64,000 nt of DNA, taken from the NCBI GenBank assembly GCA_951406725.2, contig OX597815.1, forward strand, positions 101,866,001 through 101,930,000, given 5' to 3'. Positions 42,690 to 55,651 of the stretch are shown piece after piece; the first letter of the stretch is position 1; every line of letters starts with the position of its first letter. The notes beneath the pieces were generated by a model, which saw only the letters and a program-made list of their open reading frames with translations, did no database searches and was not told where the DNA came from. A program made the position numbers and the translations under genes. Source of the DNA: Octopus vulgaris. Lineage: Eukaryota.

Positions 42690-43511
42690 ACACATGTGAC
42701 GGCTTCCCACACCGTTTCAATGAATTTCCCTCACAGCTATAGTAGAAAGTACTTTCCCAAGGTGCTGAGCATGGGGACTGAGCCTGAAACCGCGAGGTTG
42801 GGAAGCGAACATCTTAACCACAAAGCCGTTTTTACGTATCTATGTATACGACTACTACACACACGCGCACACATACAACATACGAGTGTGTGTGTGTGTG
42901 TGTGCGTGTGTGTGTGTGTGTGCGTGTGTGTGTTTGTGTGTGTGTATGCACGCATCTATATGGCTATATGGGGCGTAACTGAGAATAATAATTGCCTATA
43001 TCCATATGCTTAATGGATTCTCTTTTCTCTTTTTTCCTTTCTCCCTTTCAATCCAATCTCTATTTCTCTCTAATTCTTTTCAATAATTAATATTACTGGC
43101 GATGCGATGTTGGGCAGTGGTGGCGGTGGTCATCTCAATTATCGCTTTTTTTCCCTTTCAACCTTTTTGTTTTGTTCTACAATTTGCAATTTATTTCATG
43201 AATTTTAATTCCTAGGTTTTTGTTTATTTTTCTCTCGGTGTACCTTTTGTGTATTATATTGTCTTTTTATTTCACTTAATACCCTATACTGCTCCCTGTT
43301 TTTCACCCTTCCCTCCCCTAAAACCCAGTACAATTACCACCTGTATGTACTCTCACTTCTCGATTCTCCCACGTTCCTTATGAAATTGGTCCCACGCAGA
43401 TTAGTCAGATGGTCGAGGGGATTGAGGTGTCACTCACCAGTTGAAGGCTTATGCTTACATATTGTAACTGCTATCGCTGTGGTCGACCCTCCCCACCACC
43501 AGCATTCTCTC

Positions 43512-43590
43512 TCTACTACTACTGCTACTTCTACTGCTGCTACTGCCGCCGCCACTACCACTGCTGCTACTGCTACTACTGCTGCTGCAG

Positions 43591-43641
<51 letters not shown>

Positions 43642-43830
43642 ATACTGCTGCTGCTGCTGCTGCTACTACTACTCCTACTACTACCACCAACACTGTCACT
43701 ATCTTCCTCATTATCATACCACCTCCACCACCTCCTCTCCTCCTCCTCAACCTCCAGCACCAGCACCAGCACCACTATCACCTACAGCAACAATAACAAC
43801 AACACCACTATCATCACCACCACCATCACA
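43512..43830. repeat. (CTA/CTG/CAC)n low-complexity tract
   Basis: Visible directly. Confidence 0.9.
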
Positions 43831-44784
43831 CACACACTGTGTCATCACATCATATCAATACCCCATCCCTTCCACCCACCTGATGCCTTTCAATAACTTG
43901 CTGCAGACATCATCTGTATAGTTAAGAGGTTCACTTTACAATCACGTAATTCCGGGTTCGACCTGACTGCACAGTATCTTGGCCAACTGTCTTCCAGTAG
44001 CGCCTTGGAGTTGAACAGTACCTTGTGAGTGTGACTTATTTCAGCGAAAATTGTACAGATCTTTGTGTGTGTGATGTGCATGCATGTATGTATGTATGTA
44101 TGTATGTATGTATGTATGTATGTATGTATGTATGTATGTATGTATGTATGTATGTATGTATGCATGTATGCATGCATGTATGCATGCATGTATGTATGCA
44201 TGTATGGATGTGTGCATGCATACCTGTATGTATGTATGCATGCATGCATGTATGTATGTATGTATGTATGTATGGATGGATGGATGGATGGATGGATGGA
44301 TGGATGGATGGATGTGCGAAATACAACCACATTCAGTACGAAACTAGTAATTAGTTCGCTATCTCTAACGTAAGCCAATCATATTTGGTATGAGACTAAC
44401 AACTAGTTTGCCATCTTTGTTCTGTTCTATGCCCTCTTCATTGTCGAAAGTAGATGGCTTAACCAGTCGTAACTGGGAAAGAAGGATCTTGTTCATTAAT
44501 TTTTTAATCCTAAAAATCAGACAGGTCACTGGGGTCTGTTGATTTTCTCCTTAGTTCTGCTGCTATTCGTTACTTCATGCTTTTCTGGCTTTCTGGCTTT
44601 CTGGCTTTCTACTTGAGAGCAAAATGCCCGCAACTAACATTTGTTGGGCTGTTTTCCCTGCAATATCATTCTCATTAATCAGTGGAACTCATTTCAAGAA
44701 TGTAGCTACAGAAGGGTTTAATTAGAAGTGTACCTACACGAACATCGTCGCTTCGGACGTACTGCGACACATTTCGAAACTCAA

Positions 44785-45290
44785 ATTCTGACTACAAAGT
44801 TTTCAAACGCAACAAATTCCATAGAGACATTCCTAGAGCTGGAATTGTTGTGACTGCTGGCACCAGACCTGCCTTCAAATCGATCTTAGCTAACAGATTT
44901 AATATATATTCATTCCGATCGCAGAACCACGACAGAGTCCCGACTGATTACTTCTTGTCTCTACTTCTTAGTGCGAAAAGTGGATAATTTGCACCCTTGC
45001 CACCATCCTTAAATGTAGTAACCGTTTTGCATTCTTACTCTCCGGAATAGAGCACTAACTCCGAGTTACGATCAGTGCTTACTAAGTCGTCGACAGATGA
45101 TATAACGGACTCGTAGAGAATCCATTACTCGAGGATTAATATATTCTAGCCTGTGCAAATGTGCTAATAGTTATCCAAGGTCACCAAAATCTAAAAGCGT
45201 GACGCTAACCACCTGCAAATGCTAACGAATGGCAGGAGGTGACTATTGCAACGTCTTCAACGAGTTTCTCTCAGTCTAATATTTGCGACG
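44785..45290 (-). pseudogene. Decayed 18S rRNA fragment (5' domain through the 530-loop region)
   Basis: Colinear matches to antisense 18S: GAGCTGGAATT...CTGCTGGCACCAGAC.TGCC.TC.AAT, TCATTCC.AT..CAG..CC.CGA.AGAGTCC, AGTGG.TAATTTGC, TCCTT..ATGT.GTA.CCGTTT, CTCTCCGGAAT.GA, GTTATC.A..GTCACCAAA. Confidence 0.85.
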
Positions 45291-46969
45291 CGATCAAAGC
45301 GATGGCTGACCGTATGACTTCAACCGGAAAGCGTTATGCATCTGACTGATAGAGTACTAGTAACAAACGGCCACAGGGACGGTGCCGATGAGAAACACAA
45401 GCCAACACTGAACGAGGTCATATCTGACTCCTGGGTTTAGCTTATAATTGTAGTTTCAGGTGTGTGAATTATCTCTACAGTTACCAGTATTGCTTAGCTC
45501 CGCTTCACTGAACCATGAAGTACTCTTGTATGGTTTAAGCTTTGAGATAAGTAATTGACCGTGAAATGAGCGGAAAAAACAAACTAGGATTTCTTTTCCT
45601 TTGGGCACGACGATTAGCACGATGTCTTGCTGTACGTCGTCGTTTTTAAGAAGAACACAAGGATGCTGCCACCACAGTGAGAATCTTTCGGGTTGTTTCA
45701 ATCGGCCGTTTATTTAATTACTGTGACTACGTAATCCATTAACGACAATTACCTATCGTCGAGGACTGAGGAAAACAAAGAGCACGATAACGACAATGTC
45801 TAGGTTAGACGTCGCTGCTACGGTTGGTGGCAAGGCATGCTTAAATGCCGAGCAGCTGGATTAAAATGAAAGTACTCCTGCCACTTTTCACGGCGGAACA
45901 GAAGTATATGGACTTGCTGCTTTTATCCATTCTAGAGAGACATCACCACTATTTCTTATTGCTGCTTCAGCGTGGAAGATCAGGAAGCAACTTATTAATC
46001 TTCGTTGGCGAGGAGACGAGTCGTAAAAGAATTACAGGCGGAATGGTCACGGTCAGAATATACCTTTAGCAAAAGACTTCGTCCATAAGTGACCTGTGAT
46101 TAAATAATAGCAATAACTGCAAACAAGTGATTGGTATGTTGCAAACCTGTAAAGCAACGACGCTATAGTTTACAATTTGCGACATAAAAATAACTAAGGA
46201 AAGAAAGAAAAGAAATAACCTAAACACTACAACTTGTAGACCATTTGATAAACATTCTGCCATGGCTACAACCATTGTGCTGTCAATTATACCCGTCTAT
46301 CAGTGAGACCTCTAAATACACCCCAGTATACCCCTCAACGTCTCCCTCACAGCAACTCTGTCTTCTTCATCCGCAGTAATCTAATCACAACAGCATCTAC
46401 TTTATTATTTAACCGACACTTTAAGAAGATTCGTTGACTTCAAGTCACTTGGAAGAGGATTAGTATAATCTTTCATTCCGCATACCTCACATTCACCCCC
46501 CCACATACATAAACATATATACATATACGCATGTTGGTGCACTCATATATATCCATACAGACATATGCTTATGCATATATACACACGTACATGCACAACA
46601 CACATACATCCAGTTTACATAAACATACACGCATATATTTTATATCGCGTACATGTGCAAACATACCTCACAAATACGACACATATAGATATTCATAGAT
46701 AAACGCATAAATGCATAAATATAGGCATACATTTGATATCACGCAGACTGCACATACACCTTACACTTGCATGGCCATCTTACACATTCATGCACATCAT
46801 ACAAATACACATCACACATATATACGCTTCATACGCACACACATATATAAACACACACGTATATTGCACCTCAAACACAAACTACACATAGACCCACATC
46901 ATCCATACATGACACATTACACGCACTACAGAATACACAATACAGACAGACAAATAGACAGACAGACAG

Positions 46970-47015
<46 letters not shown>

Positions 47016-47023
<8 letters not shown>

Positions 47024-47588
47024 AGGGACTAAAGCCATCTGAATATGGCTAGGGACAGGGCAGGGTGGTGGGGGTGTTACTGTTGCATTTAGCCCCAGGC
47101 GAACATCGACGTCGCTAGATAGGCTTGACACCGTCACGGTGTCCTTTAACCTGCAAAGGGAGATAATTCCCCGATGAAGCGGAAACCACACACGGACCAT
47201 GGTTTCAAGGTGTATTGCCTATCGTCAACGTGTGGTAGGCCTCCGCTTCCTCGACGAAATCTCACTCTGCAGGTTATTCATATATAGATTTTCAAGCAAA
47301 ATACATTTGCTGATTTCGAAAATCTGTTCGACAGCAATAATAATTCTCTAAAAGAGATATAGACAGTAGCTGCTCGATAATATAAGGGACTAAAGCCATC
47401 TGAATATGGCTAGGGACAGGGCAGGGTGGTGGGGGTGTTACTGTTGCATTTAGCCCCAGGCGAACATCATCGGGGAATTATCTCCCTTTGCAGGTTAAAG
47501 GACACCGTGACGGTGTCAAGCCTATCTAGCGACGTCGATGTTCGCCTGGGGCTAAATGCAACAGTAACACCCCCACATTATTATTGCT
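47016..47588 (-). mobile_element. Young non-coding element: 361-bp unit with a 92-bp direct repeat and a 110-bp inverted copy, inserted in (TA)n
   Basis: 47016-47107 equals 47377-47468; 47467-47576 is the reverse complement of 47068-47177. The strand is inferred from Penelope-type architecture. Confidence 0.7.
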
Positions 47589-47635
47589 ATATATATATAT
47601 AGATAGATAGATTGATAGATATATAGATAGATAGG

Positions 47636-47692
<57 letters not shown>

Positions 47693-49184
47693 GGATGGAT
47701 AGATAGATAGATAGACCACAACATACACATACCACATTTGGACGCAGCTGAAATCATTTACACACGTTCACACATACAGCACACTGGCACCAAAAAACGC
47801 ATAATTCATGGTTTCGGGTTCAATCCTATTGCGCATATATTTGTCAAATGTTTTCTAACATAGCATCCACTGAACCAAATCACAGTTAGGGAAGTTTGGT
47901 AAATAGAAACTGAGTGGAAGTCTTGCGCACAGAGAGATTATTTGATTATACAAACATTGTATGAGAGAGGGGGGAGATAGACAAATAGACAGAGAGAGAG
48001 AGAGAGAGAGGGAGAGAGGGGGAGATGAAAGAAAGAGGGAGCTAAAGCGGTGTGTCTAATGTTCATGGCAGTGCATGTAGTCACAGGTCACAGCTGAGCT
48101 TTTGTAGTAGGGATAATGTGTAATATGAGGTACACCTATATTTTAGAATAAACAAACAGTTTAGTTTCGCTGTGAGAAGTAAACAAAATAATTGCATCAG
48201 GGATTTTACCGCTATGAACAGATAAAAATAGATAGCTGAAACTGGTTTTAGTGTTGGGAAGATGGTTATTTATTTACTGATGAAAATATAACAAGACTAG
48301 TTTGATTGATATCTCATTTGCTCCTCACAGAGAGATAATGCCTGTGGTGTAACCAGTTTGTTTTTCAAAGTTAGATTAAATTGCTGGTTTATTTATAAGA
48401 CAGAAGAAAATAAAAATGAAAAAAATGAAAAGTTGTGCAAATTACATATTCGAAGTACAATTCATTTAACAAAGATCTCCGCAGAGTAAAATGTTCAGTT
48501 CCAGCATTAACACTGTTTAATCGCTCAAACTGTTCTTCTCATCTTATACCAAACATCCACAGAGAGAAAATTACATTTAACACTCTCGACTATATATGTT
48601 TCCGCAAGCAGACCAATGCTTATAGTTAAAATCAGAATAAAGCTTATTGAACGAGAAACACCTTTTTTTTTAGAGAGAACCGCTACGTCTGTCGGAGATC
48701 AATAAGAAATAGAACAAAGTTTAGAATTATACTTATAGCCATTCTGAGTGTAAATCAACCTATAAAGAAATCACACAAAGTGTCACTAAAATTTCACCTA
48801 AAACTTCACCTCAACTTAAATTATTACAGGTAATCAAATTAGTGAGGATGCCGTGAATGTTTATTCTTACAGGTTTCAGCAGACTCGAACAAGAACATGG
48901 CTTTTTTGCTATTGAACTTTGTCTCGGAGAACGAATTCTAGACAATGTCTGCAAACAACACACTAAGTGACAACGTTATTTCGGTATGGGTGTGGTTCCT
49001 CAGCGATAGATAGCAACTTGTCTTTTGCGAAGCCAGAGATCTTACTCTTGCTCGTTTCTGAACTTGGCGAGAGTCTTAGATGGAAACCTTAAATTTCAGC
49101 AACGGCATTGGTGACAGGCATTGTATTTAACATCTTGCTAGTGATGGTCATGCTCGTTTACGAGTTGACAGCTACCATGTATAT

Positions 49185-49740
49185 ATGTATGTATGCATGC
49201 ATGCATGCATGTATGTATGTATGTATGTATGTATGTATGTATGTATGTATGTATGTATGTATGTATGCATGCATGCATGCATGCATGTATGTATGTATGT
49301 ATGTATGTATGTATGTATGTATGTATGCATGTATGTAGTTTATTTCAAGATTTCTTGCCAATAGAGAAAGAACCGGTTTCTAACCTAGATCCAAGGTTCC
49401 TTCATTGGAATTTCAACCTCAACAACAGTATTTTTGTATGTATGTATGTATGTATGTATGTATGTATGTATGTATGTATGTATGTATGTATGTATGTATG
49501 TATGTATGTATGTATGCATGCATGCATGCATGTATGTATGTATGTATGTATGTATGTATGTATGTATGCATGTATGTAGTTTATTTCAAGATTTCTTGCC
49601 AATAGAGAAAGAACCGGTTTCTAACCTAGATCCAAGGTTCCTTCATTGGAATTTCAACCTCAACAACAGTATTTTTGTATGTATGTATGTATGTATGTAT
49701 GTATGTATGTATGTATGTATGTATGTATGTATGTATGCGT
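49185..49740. repeat. Tandem duplication (241-bp period) of a 100-bp hammerhead-like segment inside (ATGT)n
   Basis: 49336-49436 equals 49577-49677. The minus strand reads CCAATGA-AGG-AACCT-TGGATCT-AGGTT-A-GAAACCGGTTC. Confidence 0.85.
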
Positions 49741-50053
49741 GTATACGTGTGTGTGTATGGGGGTATGTTAATTTTGACCTGCTTCCTGCTTGGTAGCAAG
49801 GTTGCGAAGGAAAGCATTTTGTTTTATTCATCATCCTTTAAATCTTAAGGTCCTGTATATTTTTATTGTCCCAGATATCGCGATCATTTGTAGCGTATGA
49901 ATTAATGGGATGCATTTCCTTCCCAAGAATCCAAGCTTAGCCATACTTTGCTCATGGCGTCTTGGTACATATGCTGTTCCTCTAGTCATATAGCTGGCAT
50001 GAAACCGAAAGTGTATCTTAAGCACTGGATTTGCAAACTCCATATAATGGGTC

Positions 50054-50422
50054 GAGTCAAAAGTTTTGCAATATTTTCGTAACTTATTTGCTTTATTCGT
50101 CAAGTTACAACAAAAAGAGCCTAGCATTCATAGAGGCCATCGTGTTGCACCGTCTGAAGCTATCCTTCTGTCAGCTTTTGATTCCACGCTGATACCAGTT
50201 CTTGTCCTCACTTCCTGCGTTCTCTCATCAAGCAAGAGGAGATGGAAGCTTCAGTGAAGTAGTTCTTCGCCTCGAAGGACAAGAACTGTTATCAATATGG
50301 GATGAAAGATAGCTTCAAAAGGTGCAACACGATGGCCTCTATTTTGAATATTTAACTGCTTTTGTTGTAACAAGATGAATAAAGCTAATAAGTTACCAAA
50401 ATATTGCAAAAGTTTTGACTCA
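50054..50422. mobile_element. Fold-back mariner derivative built from two inverted 3' ends
   Basis: GAGTCAAAA.TTTTGCAATATTTT.GTAACTTATT...ATAGAGGCCATCGTGTTGCACC is inverted on the right. The right arm encodes FFASKDKN.YQ.G...KVQHDGLYFE, a mariner C-terminus. Confidence 0.8.
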
Positions 50423-51465
50423 ATACTAAATGGTCATAGGTGTTCTCTTTCTGCTATATTTGCTTAACCACTTTCATGTCCAGGAGCATCTGATTTCCAT
50501 ATGTATGTATTTATGTATGCATATGAGTGAGTTGGTGGATGCTCATAAGGTTGATGGTTTGATTTCTCGAGCGGGTGGTGCACTGTTCTTTTGAGCAAAG
50601 TACTCAGCTGAAAATGAATTGACTTGGACAGCGTTAAACGATGTGTGAAGCCCACTCTACCTCCAGATTCCACATCAACAATGTTAGACTAGCTCAAATG
50701 TGGAAGGACCTGGAGGTGTCTATGGGCACCTAAAGCAATCTAAAGCAATTAACGAAAGCGTGGTATGAGCTATTTGATAATATTCGCTTGCGAGTGATGG
50801 CAAATCATGTAAGTTTGTATGCATATATCTATGCAGGTATATATGCAAGTATATATGGATGCATATACGCTTGAATGTACATGTTTGTGTAAATATATAT
50901 ATACCTCTTATGTACGTATGTATGTCCCTACGTTTATTTTTATGTGTACATGCATATTGCTGCATATAAATTGTTTATTTGTATATCTGTATATAAATAT
51001 ATGGGTACATACTCGTGGTGTGTGTGTGTGTGGGGGGGGTATGTATACACATATATGTGAGAATGTGTATGTATGTATGTATGTATGTATGTATGTATGT
51101 ATGTATGTACGTACGTATGTATGTATGTATGTATGTATTATGTATGTATGTACGTACGTATGTATGTATGTATGTATGTATGTATGTATGTATGTATGTA
51201 TGTATGTATGAGTGCATGCATGTATGTTTATATGTATATATATACATGTCTAATCTACGCGGATACGTATGTGTGTATGCATGAGAGTATGTAAGCCAGT
51301 ATATATGTATGTAGATAGATATGCAGTTAGATAAGTATATTTGGGTGTGATTATATGTTTATGTTTTAATGTGTGAATACATAAGTACTTATCTGCGTGC
51401 ATTCGTTCTTGCTTGTGAATGTGTAGATATATAAATGTGTATATTTATATATGTGTGTGTGTGTG

Positions 51466-51502
<37 letters not shown>

Positions 51503-52279
51503 GTATGTGTATGTGTGCATGTATGTCTATATTTATGCATATGAGTACGTGTCTTTGTTTAATACTTTAGTTCGTCTAGTGAAAGGCTTTCTTTTCCTAG
51601 CTGCTTTATCAAAAGTTACTTCTCGTTCCCACGATGATTTAAAAAGATAAAAACAAAAGGCCTCAAGCGAGACACTTGGCTGTCAAGATTAGTACAAGAA
51701 ATCGAATCTTGCATTGAAGTTCGGGGTAACATTAAATGATTTAAGTTGACCACTTAAACTCAACTAACATACAATAAGAACCGAACAAAAGCCTCTCACC
51801 AAAACAAAAACTGAAATAAAAAAAAGTTATTTTTTATTGTTTTTTTTTTACATTTAATTACGAATAGTTGATGCTATTGTGGTTGCTGTGGTGCGCAGTA
51901 ATTGATTAGGATATTTTCCTTTTATGATTTTTATCCCCTTTTCAATTGCATTATTGTTGTTGTTGTTATTATTATTATAATGTTTTATTATTTTGTTTTA
52001 TTTTGTATTTTGTCTGTTTTTTGTTTTATTTTGTTTTGTTTTTTTTAAAGCACTTTGACTCTTCTTTTATCTTCTGATAATTGGGCACGTGTCAGCTTGT
52101 TGGTGGTTTAATCATTTGACTTAATCTTACTTCATACCTTAGAAACAATACAAGTTTATTTGCCACCCGCTTCTATCTCTCTCACCTTTCTCCCCATCTC
52201 CTCTTTCTCATGCACACAAACACAGACGCACACACTAAAATACATTAACACATGTATACTTACCTACCTATCTATCTAC

Positions 52280-52349
<70 letters not shown>

Positions 52350-52354
52350 CATAT

Positions 52355-52415
<61 letters not shown>

Positions 52416-52449
52416 GATGGATAGATAGATAGATATACATACACACACA

Positions 52450-52486
<37 letters not shown>

Positions 52487-52654
52487 GAGCGTACATACAT
52501 AGTTGCCCGTATACAGACATGCAAGCACATCCATGCATACACACAGGTGCACGGATACACTTACACACTCACTCTCTCACACACACACACACACACACAT
52601 ATGTACACAAACAAACAAATATGCAAACAGCATAATAAAGGTGTAAGAGAAAAA

Positions 52655-52702
<48 letters not shown>

Positions 52703-53184
52703 CCTCGCTTTCTGTTTACCGACTCATGCCTCAATGAATGAATAAATGATTGATTAGTTAAGAAAAGAGGGGGTGCATGAGGTGGGGGAGTGGAGAATTT
52801 TTAGAAAGATAACAATGGAAAGGTAAAGATTAGGAATGAAAAATGGAATGAATGAAAGAGTGAAAGTTCAAAAGAATGAGCGAAGATCAAATAAATAAAT
52901 AAATGAACGAATCAACAACAACTGCGTAAATACGTAAATGTTTCACAGGTGTGAGGCTGGGAGCTGATTGTAGCTAACGTTAACGAACTTTATCCAAGAC
53001 AGTGTGTGTGTGTGTGTGTTTGTGTTGTGGGTGTGTGTTTGTTTGTGTATGTGTGTGTGTGAGTGTGCACGCGCATGTGTTTGTGTACGTGCGTGTGTCT
53101 GTCAATGTGCATGCTGAATGTGCGTGCATGTACCTGTGAGGGCGTATTGGGTCTAGGTGAGTGTGCGTATATACCTATTTCGTT

Positions 53185-53355
53185 ACTACCCACAAGGGGC
53201 TAAACATAGAGGGGACAGACAAGGACAGACATAGGTATTAAGTCGATTACATCGACCCCAGTGCGTAACTGGTACTTAATTTATCGACCCCGAAAGGATG
53301 AAAGGCAAAGTCGACCTTGGCGAAATTTGAACTCACAACGTAACGGCAGACGAAG
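53185..53355 (-). mobile_element. SINE family C fragment
   Basis: GTCGATTACATCGACCCCAGTGCGTAACTGGTACTTAATTTATCGACCCCGAAAGGATGAAAGGCAAAGTCGACC. Confidence 0.8.
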
Positions 53356-53467
53356 TGTGTGTATATACCTGTTAGGGTATACAGCGTGTGTGTGTGAGTA
53401 TGTATACGTATATGTGCCTGAGAGCATGTGTGTATATCTTTTCGCTTGCACGCTGTAGATCCAATGA

Positions 53468-54531
53468 TTTTGGAAAATATCTACACTGATGTAGTTTTTC
53501 ATGCAACGTAGGAAAATCATGATTATTTTTTTGGAAAAATTAAAAGCAAAAAAGTTGTTACAAGCTTTTAAAGATGGACATTTGGGGGAATTTTAGCCAG
53601 TCAGATGCAGTCATTTTCGACACGCCTGAAGTCCGAACTTATATATTCACTTCCTGTTTGCTTTTGTTTTTGGAGACATTTTCCACTCAACATTTTTATT
53701 TTTAATTTTGATTATTTGTTATTTTGCGAGAATTTAATATTTAAAGTGTAACCTTTTTTTGTAACGATGAGGAAATGAAACAAAAAGCAAGTGAACTTAA
53801 GAAATCTGAAAGTTGATGCTCCGCAATATTTTCTGAAGCAAATCAGAATTTTCGTTTCTGCACTGTCACATAAATTTACGGAGTTATGTGTATCACAGCG
53901 CCGTTTATTTGAAGTCTCTTTTTTTTTTCTTTTTTGAGGCTGTTCCATCTGTTTCCAATTTGTGTACGGGTTCCATCTTCTGAGTTGACAAATTCTTCGC
54001 TGTGGTTCCACTGTCCCATGCTGAATTAGGGTTGCCACAGGTCACTATTTACATAGGGAATTTTTACAGGATCGACTACCTGGATACATTCCTCAGGTGT
54101 GTCGCTGTTGCGGCATGGTACAGCATACAGAAACACCTACCAAATTTCGAGACACACCGCTAAAAACTCTGCAGTGATACTCTTATTCAGTTGTATTTCT
54201 GTTTGGAGCGCATCGTTCGTCCGTCGCGACGATTGTTGTACGACCTCCTATCTGAATTAAGTTGAGAAGTAGGTCTTTTGCGTACAGTTTTTTCACATAG
54301 TTCTCATATTCATTTGGTGTCTTTGCCGACAAAGTCTATACCTTTGTATGATGTTACGGGAATATATAGAAATTTCGACTATTGGCGTATCGAAAATGCC
54401 CTTATCTAACTGGTTGAGACTCCAAAATGTTTCGTTCTTTAATTTCTCAATTTTTTATTTCTCCACAAATTGTTTATGATATCTTTTAGCATGTAAAGCT
54501 ACATCAGTGTAGACATTTTTTAAAAAGTTCC
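53468..54531 (-). mobile_element. Merlin (IS1595/ISXO2-like) DNA transposon with about 180-bp TIRs and a decayed transposase
   Basis: Minus remnants across frameshifts: IQIGGRTTIVATDE, KQKYN, VFLYAVPCRNSDT, NSDLWQP, HGTV/NHSEEFVNSEDGTRTQ..RWNSLK. TIRs at 53468-53650 and 54359-54526. Confidence 0.82.
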
Positions 54532-54625
54532 TCTGTGTGTGAGTGTATTGAAGCATACGAGCGTGTATGCGTTTGTGCGAGTGTGTGTATACTTGAGCGT
54601 GTGTGTGTATATATATCTTTGTAGT

Positions 54626-54903
54626 GAAGGCGCCTGGCTTAGTGGTTAAGGTGTTCGACTCACGATCGTTGTGAGTTCAAAAACCTTTGGTGTGGTTGTG
54701 TCTTTGAGCAAGACACTTTATTTCCCGTTGCTCTAGTCTACTCAGCTGGCAAAGATGAGTAGTACCTGTATTTCAAAAGGCTTACATTAAGGGAACGTGT
54801 GTGTGTAGAGTGCTCAGTCGCTTGCACCTTGATTTCACGAGCAGGCTGTTCCGTTCATCGAATCAACTGGAATCTTTCTCACTGTAACCGGCGGAGTGTC
54901 AGT
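54626..54903 (+). mobile_element. SINE family B
   Basis: GAAGGCGCCTGGCTTAGTGGTTAAGGTGTTCGACTCACGATC..GAGTTCAA; GTGTCTTTGAGCAAGACACTTTATTTC. Confidence 0.82.
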
Positions 54904-55603
54904 TGTAGTTATCTATGTAGTGTTTATCTCTAGGTCAAACCTGACCAAGCGGACAAACGATCAAAGGCATTCCAATCATGAGCAAACAGTCTTCTTATGG
55001 TTACTTTGCACTACGTTATCCAATGTATTCGTTTCTTGCAGTAGAGCATAATTCAGGGAAAATTGGTTGCGACATTTAGTAGATCAAATGGCTACGTAGA
55101 AGCCTCCACGTTGGCTCGATGTGTGTGCTTGTCTGTGCGTATTTCCGAATGTTTGTATGTGTGCCTGTGTCTTTGTATATGTGCGGTGTGGGTATAACGA
55201 AATATTCATTGCATGTGCCGACTTACATAAACATCTCAGTGTGTTTCACCTCTATATGTGTGTGTGGGTATTTCTTCTGTATGCGTGTGGACGCCTGTCT
55301 GAGTGGACGCGCGCATATGTGTGTGCGTGCGTATGTGTGTATGTGTGTGAGAGCATGTGTGTGTATGTGTGTGTGTGCACGCTTTTTTTGTTTTGTGTAT
55401 AGTATGTTTACTTATTTGTCTGTGTGTCAATTACTTTGAACCTCTGACCGTGTATTTGCATATATCCTTGTATGTGTTGCAACAGGTAAATACATACATA
55501 CATACATACATACATACACACACACACTATGTCTGTACTATTAATAATTAGACGAAGTGAGAATACTTTTTATGTTTTGAATGGATCATCTACGATGCAA
55601 TGG

Positions 55604-55651
<48 letters not shown>

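Noticed and set aside
43380-43796. Thr/Ala-rich mucin-like ORF
   Set aside because: Low-complexity (CTA/CTG)n that is open in several frames on both strands.
44785-45290. Functional rRNA gene
   Set aside because: Partial, mutated at universally conserved positions, and no other rDNA components are nearby.
47068-47270. HDV-like ribozyme, SECIS or hammerhead in the 47-kb element
   Set aside because: GGGGT/GCCCC..GGCGAA lacks a proper P3/L3/P1.1. ATGA..AAA spacing is too short for SECIS. CCGATGA..GAAA has 8 extra nt after stem II.
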